NCBI GenBank assembly: GCA_044892525.1
Contig: CM097885.1
Coordinates: 17,858,001-17,922,000, forward strand
Length of the DNA: 64,000 nt
Reading direction: 5' to 3'
From: Schmidtea polychroa
Taxonomy: Eukaryota
The notes beneath the pieces were generated by a model. It did no database searches. It had not been told where the DNA came from and saw only the letters and a program-made list of their open reading frames with translations. Shown here in pieces: positions 29,943-44,817 of this stretch. The position numbers and the translations under genes were made by a program. Position 1 is the first letter of the stretch. The number at the start of each line of letters is the position of its first letter.

Positions 29943-31274
29943 TGATATTTATTTGTCAGAAGTCTAAAAAATATATTTACAATAAATTTAAGATTAAAAT
30001 TCAATTAAAAAATTTAGTTAAGTTAATATTAATATTAAAAAATAAATTTTATAAAATATAAATATTTAAATTTAAAGGGCATAAATTTAAATGAAGATTT
30101 CAATGAAATATTTTAACAAATGTTCATTTTGTTTTATGAAATAAATTAATATTTGATTTTATAATAGTAATAATTATTCTAATAGATATTTATACTACTA
30201 TTATAATATTATTTATTTATATATTCGAAACTTATAATGAAAAATTTTTTATATATAGATTTGTAAAATAAAAAATTTAATCAAAATTTTGCAAATTTTG
30301 TTTTATCTTTATATTGTTTTGTAAAAAATATACTTTCCACAATAGATTTTTACATAGAAATATTTTCAAAATTCTGGTTTGTTATGGAACTAGAAGTTGC
30401 CAATTTTTATTTGGGAAATGTTGGTGACAGGTGCTAGTGACCTATGCATAAGAACTTGGTACATAATGTTATCGATGCGAATAATTATTCCAGAAGACAT
30501 TGGCAGTGATAAGCCCCTCTCAGCAACCGAATGATTGATTTATGATTAGTTTTGGGTTTCGACGGTGCTTATGTCGTAATAAAAGTTTAGAGCAGTGCTG
30601 GTAATAATAGGAACTAGTGTCCGCAGATTTTTTATTAAAGGGAAATTGTGTAAGCAGTTCACTTGTAAATGAAATGTTTCCAATTTAGATGGTAAATTAA
30701 GATTTTAATGACATTGAATATATTTTAAATAACTGTGTAGTGATTTATGTAATTTGAATTATTTTAATCTCTTTAAGTTTGTAGATGACTGTTATGAACC
30801 TGATCCCAAGCTTGTTTTGGTAAACAACAACCATGAACAATATAGACTTTTATTGAACCTAATCTTCACTTTACGGATTGCAACCACACAGAACGATCAT
30901 AGAAATTAACATGTTTCATTGCTTATTTAAACACTTGGTAAAGAATAGTACTATTGAATGAGCTCAGATTCACGATTGGCATAATTGATTTTATTGCTTT
31001 ACTTTACTTTGATTCTGTGGTTTCTACTCTTTTATTTGTTAAAAATTCACACATTAAATATCACTTTCTTCAAATCTCATTTATAGTTCGGATATTTAAT
31101 AACACTTAGTATTTTAGTTGTTTTGTGTACCGATAAATTTTTGGTTTCTGATTTTTCTCATTCATTTTAGCTTCAAAATAAGGAAATTTATTTCAATTCA
31201 TTCATTTAAAAAATATAATTTAAAAAATACATAAAAATTTAATTAAAAAAAAGTACATGTAATTTATATATCAC

Positions 31275-32252
31275 TTATGATAAAGTTTGTCGATAGACTA
31301 TATTTTTGGTTTTTCCTTCGGGTGCAAAAATGAAAAGATTTCTTGGTGACCCAACTCTAGAACATGCCACATATAGCTGTCCACGGGCAAAACATGCTTT
31401 TTCAAGTACAATGCCTGCCACTTTTAAAGACTGTCCTTGTGTCTTGTTGATAGACATGGTAAATGCACGCCTGATTGGAAATTGGAGGCGCTTGACATCA
31501 AAATGCATATCTGTGGAATTCTTGGGATGAAGACTTCTTCTCCTCAGCCTGTCAAAATTGTGGCTTCTATTACATGAGGTAAGAGATTCTTGACGCTCAA
31601 TCGTGTTCCATTGCATAGTTTAGGGGATCCAAATTTCTCAGAAGTATGATAGGAGCTTTAATTTTAAGTTCTAAGTTATGTGAAGGCATGCCAGGAGGCT
31701 CCAAAGAATTCAAAAACTATGTTGGATAGTAAACAGCTTGGACCGGATCTGTAACCGTATCAATTGATTTATAGGTTTTTGAAATGCCTGGTAGGAAATT
31801 GTGAATTTGAGAATTGATGCTGTTGACACTTGAATTCTTTGGAGCAAGAATGGTCCTTTCGCACAACCACTCAGGATTTTTTGGATGTTTGGAAAAACTG
31901 CAAGTTTCAACTCTTCAAGTGACTTTGCTACAGTGCAAAAATTTGATGTAAATGTAAAACTTAAAACGGCACCCAGCCTGTAAAAAATTGGTAAAATGAA
32001 AAATTGAAATAATCCTATTTTATAAACCTAACATGATCTACAACTTTTATTTGTAACATTGTTGCCAATTTCACCTCCTATAGTAAATCAAGGTGACCCT
32101 GAGTAGGGTTAGGGTACCCAAGGGGTTGAAACATAGTCTATGACCTGTCACGAGTCAAATGAGGGTCACATGCAAAATTTCAGCACCCTAGGTCCAAATG
32201 TGGGGAATTCTATGGGTAACAAACAAACTAACTTTCATCTTTATATATTAGA
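31275..32252 (-). mobile_element. Internally deleted Helitron (Pif1-like helicase C-terminal fragment)
   Basis: RLQFPIRRAFTMSINKTQGQSL...GQLYVACSRV motifs and broken PPGMPSHNL motif; Helitron-like 5' end TCTAATATATAAAG at about 32252. 3' end not located. Confidence 0.8.
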
Positions 32253-32756
32253 ATTTTAGTTTCTTGCTGATCACTGGCAAGGATGAACAATGTTGAAAGA
32301 TTATGTGCTCACGAGATTCTCACATACAGCTATATATGCCAAAAGCATACACCTGCCAAATCCAAGCCTGGAATTTTGAGCGAAAATTTCATATCACTAC
32401 TGTTCACGTTTAGGAGTTTTTGTGCCAGACAAGCGTATTGTATGTTTTATCGTATTGATTTTATTATCATTCAACAAAAACATTGTAGCTACAAATAGTT
32501 ATTTTTCAAAGTCCGTTTGTCCAGTATTTAATACATCGACTTCAATAACTTGTGAGATAAAATGTATGATTAATGTTTATATTATTGATAACAATAACGA
32601 CAAAATTCATATATTTCTAGAACTATAATCATCAAAATAAATCCATGATTATCGGAGAAAATAATATTTATTAACAAAAACCCGTTAAAAAGTACATCAA
32701 GGTCAACACTAATATAGGCCAAACTAAATACTAGAGTCAAAACCAGTGATAACTAA

Positions 32757-33557
32757 TTAAGGGTGATGAAATTTTTCACCGGCATAAGCAGCCTTAGATC
32801 CCAATTCTTCTTCGATTCTCAGCAATTGGTTATACTTAGCCAATCTTTCCGATCGACAAGGAGCTCCTGTTTTAATTTGCCCAGTTCTTAATCCAACTAC
32901 AAGATCAGCGATTGTGTTATCTTCAGTTTCACCAGATCTGTGGCTAACCATAACTCCCCATCCAGCTTTCTGTGACATATTACAAGCCTCAATTGATTCG
33001 GTAACAGATCCTATTTGATTGACTTTCAACAACAAGCAATTACAAGCTTTGACATCAATGCCTTTCTTGACCCGAGTTGGATTTGTAACAGTGAGATCGT
33101 CACCTACAATTTGAATTCCAGCTTTGCTAGTGAATTCAGTCCAAGCTGGCCAATCATCTTGATCAAATGGATCCTCGATACTCACAATGGGATATTTGTG
33201 AATCATATCAGAGTATACTGAGGCCAACTCTGATGATGATAACCATTTTGATTTATCAGAATGAGGATTTTTGAAATCCAAATCATATTTCCCATCCTTA
33301 TAAAATTCAGAAGCAGCGACATCCATTCCGATTTTGACTCGACCGGTATACCCAGCAGCTTCGATAGCGACTTTCAATAATTCTAAACCTTCAAAGTTGT
33401 CAAGAATATTTGGTGCAAATCCTCCTTCATCGCCGACATTGCAAGCATCCATTCCATATTTCTTCTTAATCACAGCTTTCAAATGGTGATAGACTTCACT
33501 TCCCATTTTCATGGCTTCGGTAAAAGAATGGGCACCAGTTGGAAGAATCATAAATTC
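32757..33557 (-). CDS. eno: Enolase, exon 3 (terminal)
   Basis: EFMILP...GDEGGFAP...[10 protein letters not shown]...SHRSGETED...[11 protein letters not shown]. Acceptor ttag|GAA at 33558/33557, stop TAA at 32757, AATAAA at about 32672-32667. Confidence 0.98.
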   Translation of the reverse strand, partial: EFMILPTGAHSFTEAMKMGSEVYHHLKAVIKKKYGMDACNVGDEGGFAPNILDNFEGLELLKVAIEAAGYTGRVKIGMDVAASEFYKDGKYDLDFKNPHSDKSKWLSSSELASVYSDMIHKYPIVSIEDPFDQDDWPAWTEFTSKAGIQIVGDDLTVTNPTRVKKGIDVKACNCLLLKVNQIGSVTESIEACNMSQKAGWGVMVSHRSGETEDNTIADLVVGLRTGQIKTGAPCRSERLAKYNQLLRIEEELGSKAAYAGEKFHHP

Positions 33558-33767
33558 CTAATTTAAAATTGAAATTTGATAATATGAACTACGATAATAT
33601 TAATTATAAAATTGCATTTACAACATGATCAATATTTACTAATAAAAGATCATTAATAAATTTGCATTCATTTTATTTTTCAAAATTTACTTTTTTAGAT
33701 TACATAAATATAAAAATTATATATGCTAGTAAAATTTATTCTACATAAATATATTTTGTTTACTTAA

Positions 33768-33810
33768 CTAGGAGCCCCGAAAACCGTGTGACTCTAGACA
33801 CACCCGTAGT
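33768..33810 (-). mobile_element. Possible Helitron 3' terminus in enolase intron 2
   Basis: Minus strand GTGTG-tctagagt-CACAC hairpin followed about 13 nt later by CTAG|T. Confidence 0.35.
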
Positions 33811-34575
33811 TTATCACTGATTGCACATGTACTCTATCTGACATATATGTACTGTATCTGCTAGTGAGTACTACTGATTTGAGGGGAAAATTTAACAATT
33901 GATTGATAACCTAACACATGATAGTTCAACATACATACCTCACCGATATTGCTCATTTAGTCAAGAAAAGTATTTCTCAAAGGGAATACCGAAGGAAAAA
34001 TTGAGTCAGAAGAACTATCAAAGGATCATTGGAGATAGAAATAATTGCTTTTCTAAAACTATTCTGACTGAACTACGACAGTAGTGAGCCGATATTTATC
34101 AGCCACATTCATAATTATTTTGTCACATCAATTAACTTTACTATTTCATAGAAACTGCCGATGTCTGTGTTCGAAGTGTTAATACCCAACAAATATAACC
34201 TTCTATATATTGTGGTTATATATTTCAGCAAGTCATTATAGGGGCGTCAAACCTCAGTTTGGAACTTTAGAAAAAAAAATTCAATATTTAAAATCATTGA
34301 AATTGATAAGTGTGGCAAGAAAAATAACTTGAATCATAATTAAACTGCATTAATATTTCAATAAATTTCTAGGCAATGAATCCTTTCGAAAAGTCCACAA
34401 AATTTTTTATATCTTTGAATTTAGTTTTAGCAAAAATTTTAAATGAAAACAAAATTATATATGCAAAATCAACTTTCACTACAAGCAATTTTGGTTTACA
34501 AAATAACTCTGCTAAAACTGGACGCAACTGTGTTTTTATTTTTAAACAATTAAATTAATACTTTATGTGTATACA

Positions 34576-34881
34576 CAAAGCTGGATTTACTCGTGAGGGG
34601 GCCGAAGACTAAAAATCTTATGGGGCCCCTTAATAATTTTTTTAAACAAAAATGTTAATTTGTTACCTGCTGTTATAAATTTAAAATAATAGTTTAATTT
34701 CGAAATCTTCAACAACAACCTCAGAAAGAATAATTTTAAATATAATTAAAAACTTCTTTGCTTATATTACATAAATAATCTGCAAATAATTAAATGTAAT
34801 AATTTTTTATAATAATAATTTGGGACCACCAGTCGGGATCTAGACTTTATCCTTGTCAGCCTAAGGGTAAATCCAGGCCTA
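34576..34881. mobile_element. hAT-like MITE in enolase intron 2
   Basis: Inverted ends CTGGATTTAC / GTAAATCCAG and GGGGCCCC subterminal motifs; TSD imperfect. Confidence 0.6.
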
Positions 34882-35163
34882 TATACATATACTTTTTTCA
34901 AATTTCACCGTTGATTTCTTTTCCATTGTATTTATTAAAAAAGCTTTAAGACTATGAATCAGTAAATATATCAATGTTTTTGATATTAAAGAATTTTCAG
35001 CACTGCCTTTTCCAAGTGAATTTGTATATATAATTCCAATATATAAATACATAATTTTCAATATAGATTTAAAAAATTATGCATTTTATTCAAATGTGTG
35101 GTAATCATTAAATATAATAAAACTAATCAATTAATATTTCAATTGAATTTAAAATATAAATTA

Positions 35164-35613
<450 letters not shown>

Positions 35614-35629
35614 TCAATAAATCAATTAC

Positions 35630-35714
35630 CTTTGTGAGTTGTAAGATCAACCTCGACAGTTGGATTACCTCTGCTGTCAAAAATTTGTCGAGCTAATATT
35701 TTTGTTATTGACAT
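35630..35714 (-). CDS. eno: Enolase, exon 1
   Basis: [29 protein letters not shown]; donor AAG|gtaat; 44 nt intron 1. Exons sum to 85+413+801=1299 nt (432 aa plus stop). Confidence 0.96.
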
Positions 35715-36869
35715 TTTCTTGTAAGAATTTGTAAATTTGAAATATAAATTCTATAATCACGTACACAATTTATATGGTTTACTATTTATAACACTTACTA
35801 AAACAACTTATAATTTTTTTCAAAAATTATTACGTAATATATTAATAGTTGAAAAGCAAATGTTGTATTTTGTTTGGAATTTGGTTTTTAACAATTTAAT
35901 ATTAACTTTTACTTAAATAAATATTAAATTTATATTTGCAAAATATTAAATTATAATAAAAATTATTTAATAAATTATGTAATACTGACCTTCATAAATT
36001 AAATGAAAACATTTCAAAATAGAAATTTGATTTTTCTCTCAATTTATTAATAATAATATCAACCAAAATTTTAATATATTTATATATCAAACTTTATATG
36101 TATTTAGTTTATCACATGACTTGAAAAAAATATAAACTAGACCTAAACATAATGTTCAATTATCGAAAATACCAATAAAATATATATAAACCAAATCCGA
36201 AATCATGAACTTTCGATATTTGGGTTTCCATTGTTAATTTTTAATTATATTTTAATTTAAAAGATTAGTTTATTATTGTAAAGTTTTTGCCACACTTTGA
36301 TTCTGCATGCTCTTTAGTTCAAGTAAAGCAATGACACCCAACACAAAATTAATCAATTTAACTTCACAATTTCTTTCAATGTTGTCTAGAATATCGCCTT
36401 TCTGGTACACCTTTATTTGATTTGATTAACTAACTCTGATTTCACTCATTTCTTTATCTATTATTGAATAACCCTATCCTAAATGTTATCTTGGACCAAC
36501 TGGCGATGAGCCATAGTGTCCATAGTTTTGATATCAGTTTCTCCGACAAATTTTCAAAACAAAATAATTAAATTAGCTAACAACATAATAATTATGTAAG
36601 CTGTATTTTGTTAAAAAATAAAATAATTGGGCTGGTTACTTCTTGGCTATCTGACAAAGGATCCTGTTCAACTAATTCATTATTGTGAAAACTTATCTAT
36701 TTATTGATTTTGGAGAAAGGCCTAATGTCATTATTTTTTTATTCATCGCTCGGAATCTCTACAAGACTTGAGTTTTCCACATAGCTTTTAAAATATTAAT
36801 TTATTTTTCATTAATTTGTATTTTTTGAATATCATTTTGATTCTATATTATTGTATGACTTTATCAATT

Positions 36870-37613
36870 TCAACATTCAGTTGGTGCTTATGGGGTGTGT
36901 CATTTAAATGGTCTAGGGTTACTTATGGATTTTGGATCGACTCTTTCCTAAACTCTTTCATGATTATTTTACTTTATACCATATGTGTAGCCATGATAAC
37001 AACCATGTTGGTGATGTACAGAATGGCAGAAAATTAATGCTGAAACTACTGCTCATTATATTTTCATTTTCGTGTTCTGGACTGCCGACAGGAGGTCTTA
37101 CGTCACAGTTCATTATCTATCCCTTTCTTAGACTATTGTCATTCATTTAATTACGGTCCTCATTACTGGATGTTATTCAATGTTACTTTCGAAAATTTTG
37201 CGCCGGGATCCGCCCTTATTTCCCAGTTCATGAATGTTGTCCTATATTTTCTACAATAATTGAGTTATTCGGTTTGTTCTTCGAAAATTTGAGCAGGAAT
37301 CTGCCTATATTTCTAATTCTAACCTGAATTGATTCCAATTACTAGAGGATTTTTAATATCACCTAAAAACTAAGTCTTCTCAAAATCTCAAAAAAAAAAT
37401 ACTCAAAAAAAATCTACTTACTCAAAATCTACGTTTTTATTATTACCAACCTAATTCGCTATCCTCAATAGAAATGTGTCAGTTGTTGACCCATACTTTA
37501 CTTTGTATTATTGGGTGTATAATCATAGATTTTAATTCAACTTGATATGGTTTTTATGCTATGTATTTCCGACTCATTAAAACAAGCTCTCATTTTTTGG
37601 CTCTAACCCAACA
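36870..37613. repeat. LTR-like interspersed repeat, copy 1
   Basis: Homologous to 41780-42400 (direct) and 39280-39780 (inverted); ends ...aacccaaca. Left boundary uncertain. Confidence 0.6.
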
Positions 37614-37646
37614 ATTCGGAAATAGAACGGAGAGAGCATCGTATTG

Positions 37647-37888
<242 letters not shown>

Positions 37889-38189
37889 CTAATGTGATTG
37901 TTAATCAAAGATTTTGACCATTATTTTTAATAAAACATCAAACAATGAAATTATACAAAATATGTCGTGGGTTACCAGGACCAGCGGAAGAAGTTTTAAC
38001 ATTATGTCGATACTACTATTTTGGTGAAATAACCATTTACATATTGCATGTCAATTGAAAAATAAATGCCTAATGTGTGGAAAAGATTGACTCATATATA
38101 GATATTGTCATTTATCGTATTTTGGCGCATACAACGCTCGGGCTATACCCACATATTTCCCCGTATATATATTGCAAAATAGTAAATAG

Positions 38190-38640
38190 AATAGTAAAAT
38201 AGAATTAGTTGAAAATTATTTAAACTATAAAATTTATAAAATTAAATCGTTGAAATAATAAAATTAGTTAACATTATGTAAGTTGTAAAGCTTATAGAAT
38301 TAAATGGTTAGAATTACGTAACTTATGAAATTTATAGAATTAAAGTGTTTAAATTAATAAAAATAAAAATAAAATTAACCACAATTATTTAAATTATAAA
38401 ATTTATAAAATTAAAATATTAAAATTAATAAAAAATTAAATAATTAATTAATAACATCAGTTAAATTAAAAATAAATAATTGCACACAATCATGCATGCA
38501 TGCAAAAGTAATTCAAATTTTACTGCATTCTGACTGGATATAGTGGCAGAAAATGCATGTATGCACAGTCGAAATCAGTATAAATACTGATTGCAAATTC
38601 AGTTGTATATACATTTTTAGACAGTAAAAACATTTAGCTC
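38190..38640. repeat. AT-rich repeat arm A, inverted relative to about 42900-43510
   Basis: For example atgcacagtcgaaatcagtataaatactgattgcaaattcag versus ctgaattttcaatcagtatttatactgattttgactgtgcat. Confidence 0.8.
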
Positions 38641-39279
38641 TCAGCTTTCAATTTTATGCCATCGGGTAAGATTGAATTAAATTTAGTAATTTTATGTATT
38701 GTAAATTTATGTAATGTTATAAGCCAGGGGTGGGCACGCATGAGGTCCTAGAGAGCCACATGGCTCATCAAAGAGCCGCATTTGCCCACCCCGGGTATAT
38801 GGTGTAGTGAGACATGTATTATTTAAATATTGCTTATAAAAAGTATCAAACAAGGTAGAATGTAATAAGGAAATATTAAATTTTGATTCTAAATACCGCC
38901 ATCGAATGACACTATAAATTTTAATTCTGTTTACACCTATTTTGTGACACAGGTAAAAATGAACTAACCATGAAAATACAATTGCAACAAAAAATTTTTT
39001 TTTAAAAATTCAGTTGAAAAAATTTCAAAATAAAAAAATCGAATTCAATTTTCAAATTCAATTATCAAAAATTCAATTATCAATGAGCCGCAGTTTACTC
39101 AACGAAGAGCCGCATAAAATTTTATATACAATTTGGTTTAGTTGATTGTTAATTTTTGTTTGTTCTTTTTATCGTTTAATTCCAAGTTTTAATATTTAAA
39201 GTTTATATGAATGTTACGTGATTCAATTTTATGGATAATTTTCTGATTTATGGATATCCTCCAGCTTGGAATATGATTG

Positions 39280-39780
39280 TGAACTATTGGCCGAAAGACT
39301 GATAGCCAGCAGTCAGTTGACCAGTTCGGAACATCGTTTTATAGGATATAGTTAGAAGAAGGGCACATCCCTGCTCAAATTTTATGAGAAGTATGAGAGT
39401 ACATTTAACTTAGAAATAAGGGCCGATCCCTACTCAAATTTTTGAAGAAAACAATAGAAAACATCCAGAAATGAGGACCATAGTTAAATGAAGGCATTTC
39501 AATGATTCCAACAATAGAAATAGACAATGAATAATGACGTAAGACGTTCTATTGGCAGTCTAGAACCCGACAAGAAAATACAATGAGGAGTAGTTTTAGC
39601 AATAGAGCTCACCTGCTCTTTTATTTTCGATCATTGTGTACAGCACCAAAATGGTCGTCGCCATGGTTACACAGATGGCTTAAAGACAATAGTCATGAAG
39701 GCGTTTAGGAAGGAGTCGCTGAAAAGATCTATAAATACCCCTAAACCATTTTAAAATGACACAACCCTAAGCGACCGACA
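39280..39780. repeat. LTR-like interspersed repeat, copy 2 (inverted)
   Basis: Reverse complement aligns to 41780-42400 (e.g. atccctgctcaaattttatgagaagtat; acatccagaaatgaggaccatag). Confidence 0.75.
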
Positions 39781-39861
39781 CAGAACAAAAGTTTAAATTG
39801 TAAAATTTAATATACTGTGGGATTCAGAAGCTGCTATAACAGTTATGAGTATTGGTGTGTT

Positions 39862-41206
39862 CAGGGCCTAGAAGAGAGAGTGCGGGGCCCGGGGCCAAAT
39901 TTATTTTGGGGCCCCTTTTTAATAATTAAAAAAATATATACAGTTAGTGGCAACACAATATAAAAACAAATTTTATTATATTAATGATTTACGGGCTTTT
40001 GAAATTGCGAATTTATCAATTATTTCACTAAAATTTAGGTTTCTTGCAATATAGTTATTAATATGCAGCATTGCTAATCGATTTTGCCGCTCTTGTGCCA
40101 TTGCAGATCTCAAGAAATTCCTAATACGTTTTTGAGCAGAAAACGTACGTTCAGACTCGGCTACAGAAACCGGGATTGTCAAAAATATTCTTAATACAAC
40201 TACAAGATTTGGAAAAATTGACTCCAAATTCATTTCAATAATAGATTTAAGCACTTCTTTTGGCTTTGATGATTTGAAGTTGGTTGCGTAAATGCTTTTA
40301 AAAAATATAATTTCATCATACAGGTCTGTTGAAATGTCATCCGAACATTTAATTTTAATCTTGTCGCACTGATTTTGCAATATGTCTTCATCAATACTAT
40401 TGAAAGTCCACAGGAATTTAAAATTATCACAAATTTCAATCATTCTTGAAAAGCGAGTTTGTAATGATTTTTGTAAAACTGAAATGATCTTATTGAATAT
40501 TTGTTGATAATGTAACTCAACAGCTGATTCATCAATAAACTTTCTTTTAATTTCAAATGATGCGTGAATGGAGAATTTTTCAGCATATTCCTTACAATCA
40601 CTCATCACCTTTTTCCATCGCATTAATTTTATTGAATTAATTAGTGCATCTATATTCTCGGTCTCGAAATTAAGGGATATATTTTAATCGAAAAAATTTT
40701 TCATACCTTTTGTTCACTTCTTTTAGCATTAAAATTTATTGAAATTAATTTTTATCAAATAGAAGTACAAACAATATAAACAAACTTTAATTCAGTTTAA
40801 CACCGACAATTTTAAATTTAAAACTTCAATGAGAAATTTTCGAAATATTTCAAGCCGTTTCATTTCATTTTTTTAGTAGAGAAATTTTAATGAAATTTAA
40901 AATATTCTTTCGAACTCCACGCTGTTGGGTTTAAATTAGGGGCCCCAATATCATATCATTAATAAACGGATATTTTTAAAAATATTTTTAAAAATCTCTT
41001 ATTCGTGGATTTTAATAACGATCAAGCAATTTTAAACGACGAATTCCTAATCTTAGATCAATCTGATTTATTTAAAAACATGTTAGATTGATATATAAGA
41101 GCAAAGAAGTTATATCATTAGTCCATTTTCAAATTGTTGAATTTTTAAAAATTAATTTTTGTTTCCAAAAAAATTTCTTCTCTGGCCCCACCTCTCCTAG
41201 GGCCTG
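39862..41206 (-). mobile_element. Internally deleted hAT transposon (ZMYM1/Zinc-finger MYM-type transposase C-terminus)
   Basis: TIR CAGGGCCTAG / CTAGGGCCTG and TSD GGTGTGT(T/C). ORF 39976-40623 has the hATC dimerisation motif FPNL...LTIPVSVAESERTFS...LRS. Confidence 0.9.
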
Positions 41207-41724
41207 GGTGTGTCACAGGTAAGCATACATTTTACCTCACCGTGCTGTTTCCAGCGTAACCCAGAATACAAGCAATGTTTCTCCGCTTGATACCCGTTGA
41301 GCGATCAACGTTGGTAATGTATCAAGTGAGTGAGTGCTCGCCAAAAGTGAGCGCACTATCTGCACTATAATTGTCAGGCACTCATTTGGGTTCACGGACT
41401 GCCGATGAAAGGCCTTTCTATTAAGGTCCCTATTCTATTTATGGGTTTTATTTCCTCCTCTCGTTAATGCCATAACACTATGGACAAACATTATTATGTT
41501 TGGGGAGAAATTAGTTTTTATTCGACAACCGTAGTGGGCGGTGCTTCTAAAATTAGAACATGTAAAATTCTCGAGACTTTGGAGGAAGGTGTCCTATAAT
41601 TAAATTTGACATTAGGGGGAATCCTAAATCGATAATTTTAATATTATATTATGCATAAATAAATTACCAAATTAATTAATAATAGAGTAAATAATATTGA
41701 TAGTATACATTAGTTAATTAGTAG

Positions 41725-42600
41725 TGTTAACATTATCCCGACTATTATATAACTTGGGAGGGGGTATTTAGGAAAATGTTGGTCACATAGGGGTGTGTCA
41801 TTTTAAATTTTAAATACGTTAGGGGTAATCATAGATATTCACTCGACACTTTCCTAAGCACCTCCATGACTATTGCACTTTAAACCATTTGCGTACCCAT
41901 GGCGACAACCATGTTGGTACTGTACACAAAGGTGAAAAAACAATGAGCAGGTAAGCTCTATTGCTAAAACTACTTCCCATTGTATTTTCTTTTCGGGTTC
42001 TAGGCGGCCGATAGAAAGTCTTACGTCATTAGTCATTTTCTATTTCTACTTTCCACTTTTCTGTTTTATTCAGCTATGGTCCTCATTTCTGGATGTTTTC
42101 TATTGTTCCTTTTCAAAATTTTGGGCAGGGATGCGCCCTTATTTTTCTGTTATAAATCATTATGTGTTTCTATAATATTTGTCGATAATTTATTTCCCAG
42201 TCGATAAATATCGTTCCATATTTTCGACGGTTTCCTGTGAGAAATGTAACTTAATTTTCAAAAAATTTGAGTAGGGGTCTGCCCTTATTCTCAAGTTAAT
42301 AAACATGTTTCTATACTTCTCATAAAATTTTGAGCAGGGATCTGTCTGTATTTCTAATCCTGAACTATCGGATATCTTAACCATTCGTGGTTTCTATAAG
42401 ATTGCCTAAAGCTACTTGATCTACCGACAACTGGTCCTAACTATCCCATTATTATTCCTAACTCAGTGATATCTATCTAAATCTAAACAAGGCCCTAAAC
42501 TATCTTAAAATGACATTACACTCTCCAATCGTTCCTATCCCTATCTATATCCTCTAACCCGATGGACCCAACTGGCGAAACATTTGTCGACCAACAGCAC
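41725..42600. repeat. LTR-like interspersed repeat, copy 3
   Basis: Starts TGTTAACATTATCC; homologous to copies 1 and 2. A matching terminal segment ending cagcccaaca lies at about 43560-43701. Confidence 0.65.
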
Positions 42601-42899
42601 GTGGTGCCATCCGCCCACAAACCTTCCCCCAATCTGGAGCATCGACGCATAAATTCGTTGTAAATTCAATTCAACTGTAATTATCATTAAAATTATAACA
42701 GAGTCAAAATAAATAAAATACCAATATTAACGAAAAATAACTTCAATTTAAAATTTAATTAATTCATAAAATGATGTAACATTACACTTAAAAAAATTAC
42801 ATTTCAAATACAAAGAATCAAATTTACCTTACCGCGATGGCATACACCGAAAATTGAGAGTGCCTGACAACGTCTGGTGAAAGTGTTAATTTTAGATTA

Positions 42900-43510
42900 A
42901 ACTCGTTTTTTTCTGACTGAATTTTCAATCAGTATTTATACTGATTTTGACTGTGCATTCATGTATTCTCTTCTACTCTATCCAATTAGGATGCCAGAAA
43001 TTTTGAATTACTTTTGCATACATAGCATGAGTGTGTGCAATTATTTATTTTTTAATTAAATTGATAAAATTAATTATTTATTTAATTTTTTATTAATTTT
43101 ATAAATTTTATAATTTAAATAATTTTTTAAATTTCATAAGTTACATAATTCCAACCATTTAACCCTTTCGCACCGACTTTCCGCTAATGACACTATGCTA
43201 AATGTATATATTGGAACTTGTTAATATTGACCTAAATATGAAATATTCTCATTTTTGTAATCGTGGCGCTTCTGAATATCCTAGAAAGTCCTGGGATAAT
43301 AATAAACTTTAACACCGCAAATTGCTTTGAAAATATCCCAGTAGGATCATGATGAAAGTTTCTGGGACGTATTGTCCCAATAGGGGCGAAAGGGTTAATT
43401 CTATAAACTTTACAATTTACATAATGTTAACTAATTTTATTATTTTGACGATTTAATTTTATATAGTTTAAATAATTTTCAATTAATTATATTTTACATT
43501 TTATTATTTT
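42900..43510. repeat. AT-rich repeat arm A' (inverted copy of 38190-38640)
   Basis: Reverse-complement similarity over about 450 bp, interrupted by a piggyBac MITE. Confidence 0.8.
43163..43394. mobile_element. piggyBac MITE
   Basis: TTAA|CCCTTTCGC...GCGAAAGGG|TTAA; the empty site is visible in the paralogous arm at about 38295-38310. Confidence 0.92.
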
Positions 43511-43736
43511 TCCATCGAAATTTTTAGTTTCAATTTTTTTTAAATTTATTTCTCTTAATTCTATTATACGGGTTTTATTGCTTCTTAGTGTGTCATGTAA
43601 TTTATTTTATATTAAATCTTGATCATAGATTTTTCAACTTTGCGGTTTTTGTGTTAGGTATTTTCGATCCATTAAAACAAACTCTCGGTTTCAGCCCAAC
43701 AAAAATTTATAAATTATATATATATTTCTAATTTTG

Positions 43737-43737
<1 letters not shown>

Positions 43738-43818
<81 letters not shown>
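43738..43818. repeat. (TA)n/(CA)n microsatellite
   Basis: Compound dinucleotide run. Confidence 0.93.
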
Positions 43819-44357
43819 TGATTTTAACTTTCCAATATTTTAATTAATTTTAATTGATTTTGATAATTTGTAAATTTTTTTATATTTTATTTCATCTTTT
43901 GTATAACCCTAACAGTTACTAACATTGTACTCAAGGGGATATTTATTGAAATGAAGAAAAAACCAATGGAATCAACATGGCTAAATTTTAAATGAAATGG
44001 AAAGCCTCGATTAATAAATTTCTTAGTCATTACAAAGATTTATCCAAAATTTAATGGAAATATCGATGTCATAGAAGTTAATAATATTGATGCTTCAATG
44101 ATTTAGGAATAATATTCAAATAAAGATAAAATACGAAAAGAATTTAATGTTTTTGAAAAAATGAGAGTAATAAACTGAAAATTTTAATACAAAAATATTG
44201 AATAATATTTATGTCTTCGACATTAGACCTCGAACACACATAAATATTAAGCCATGAGTCTATAATAAATGGAAAACTGATTTTACAACATTCTCGTCAC
44301 CAACCGCTGCAACTGGAAAATAAAATTGATTAATTATCCGAAAGATTCTTTGAAACA

Positions 44358-44817
44358 GTGTTAATATCCTTAGAACTTTCAGTTAGTGATTGTTGGAAAG
44401 AAAGATCAATCAATATGAATATGTATGGATTTCAGATAGCGGAATCATTTACAGAGAAATTTACATTTCCAATGCCAAATATTCACCAGTTGCTTCATTG
44501 CTTAGCTGATCCGTGGATGTTTTTATTACAAGATTTTGAACAGACCTACTATCATGTTGAGGTATATGAAAACTCTAGGAAATAGATAAAAGGCCTTGAT
44601 TTGCATGATTACAACAAAGAAACCAATAAGTTACCAATTTCAAATTCCGATAACAAATCTATCAGAATATGATTTCGAGTTCCGATTTAGAAAAGCAGCA
44701 AACATAATAACACAGATGGACTATCGAAAATTAGTGAATCATTGTGCTCAAAGTGTCAAGCAAAACATGATGAAACTAAAGGCTCTCAATTACGAATTAA
44801 GTAGCCTATCTATATAA
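44358..44817 (+). mobile_element. Degenerate, internally deleted Gypsy pol fragment
   Basis: TEKFTFPMPNIHQLL (RT N-terminal part) joined to TTKKPISYQFQ...EYDFEFRFRK (RNase H end). Confidence 0.7.

Noticed and set aside
35715..36300. Operon or trans-splicing arrangement upstream of enolase, as known in schistosomes
   Set aside because: No upstream ORF visible and only a weak AAG acceptor before the ATG.
38725..38794. Tiny hAT-like inverted repeat CAGGGGTGGGCA...TGCCCACCCC
   Set aside because: No TSD; too small a remnant to call confidently.
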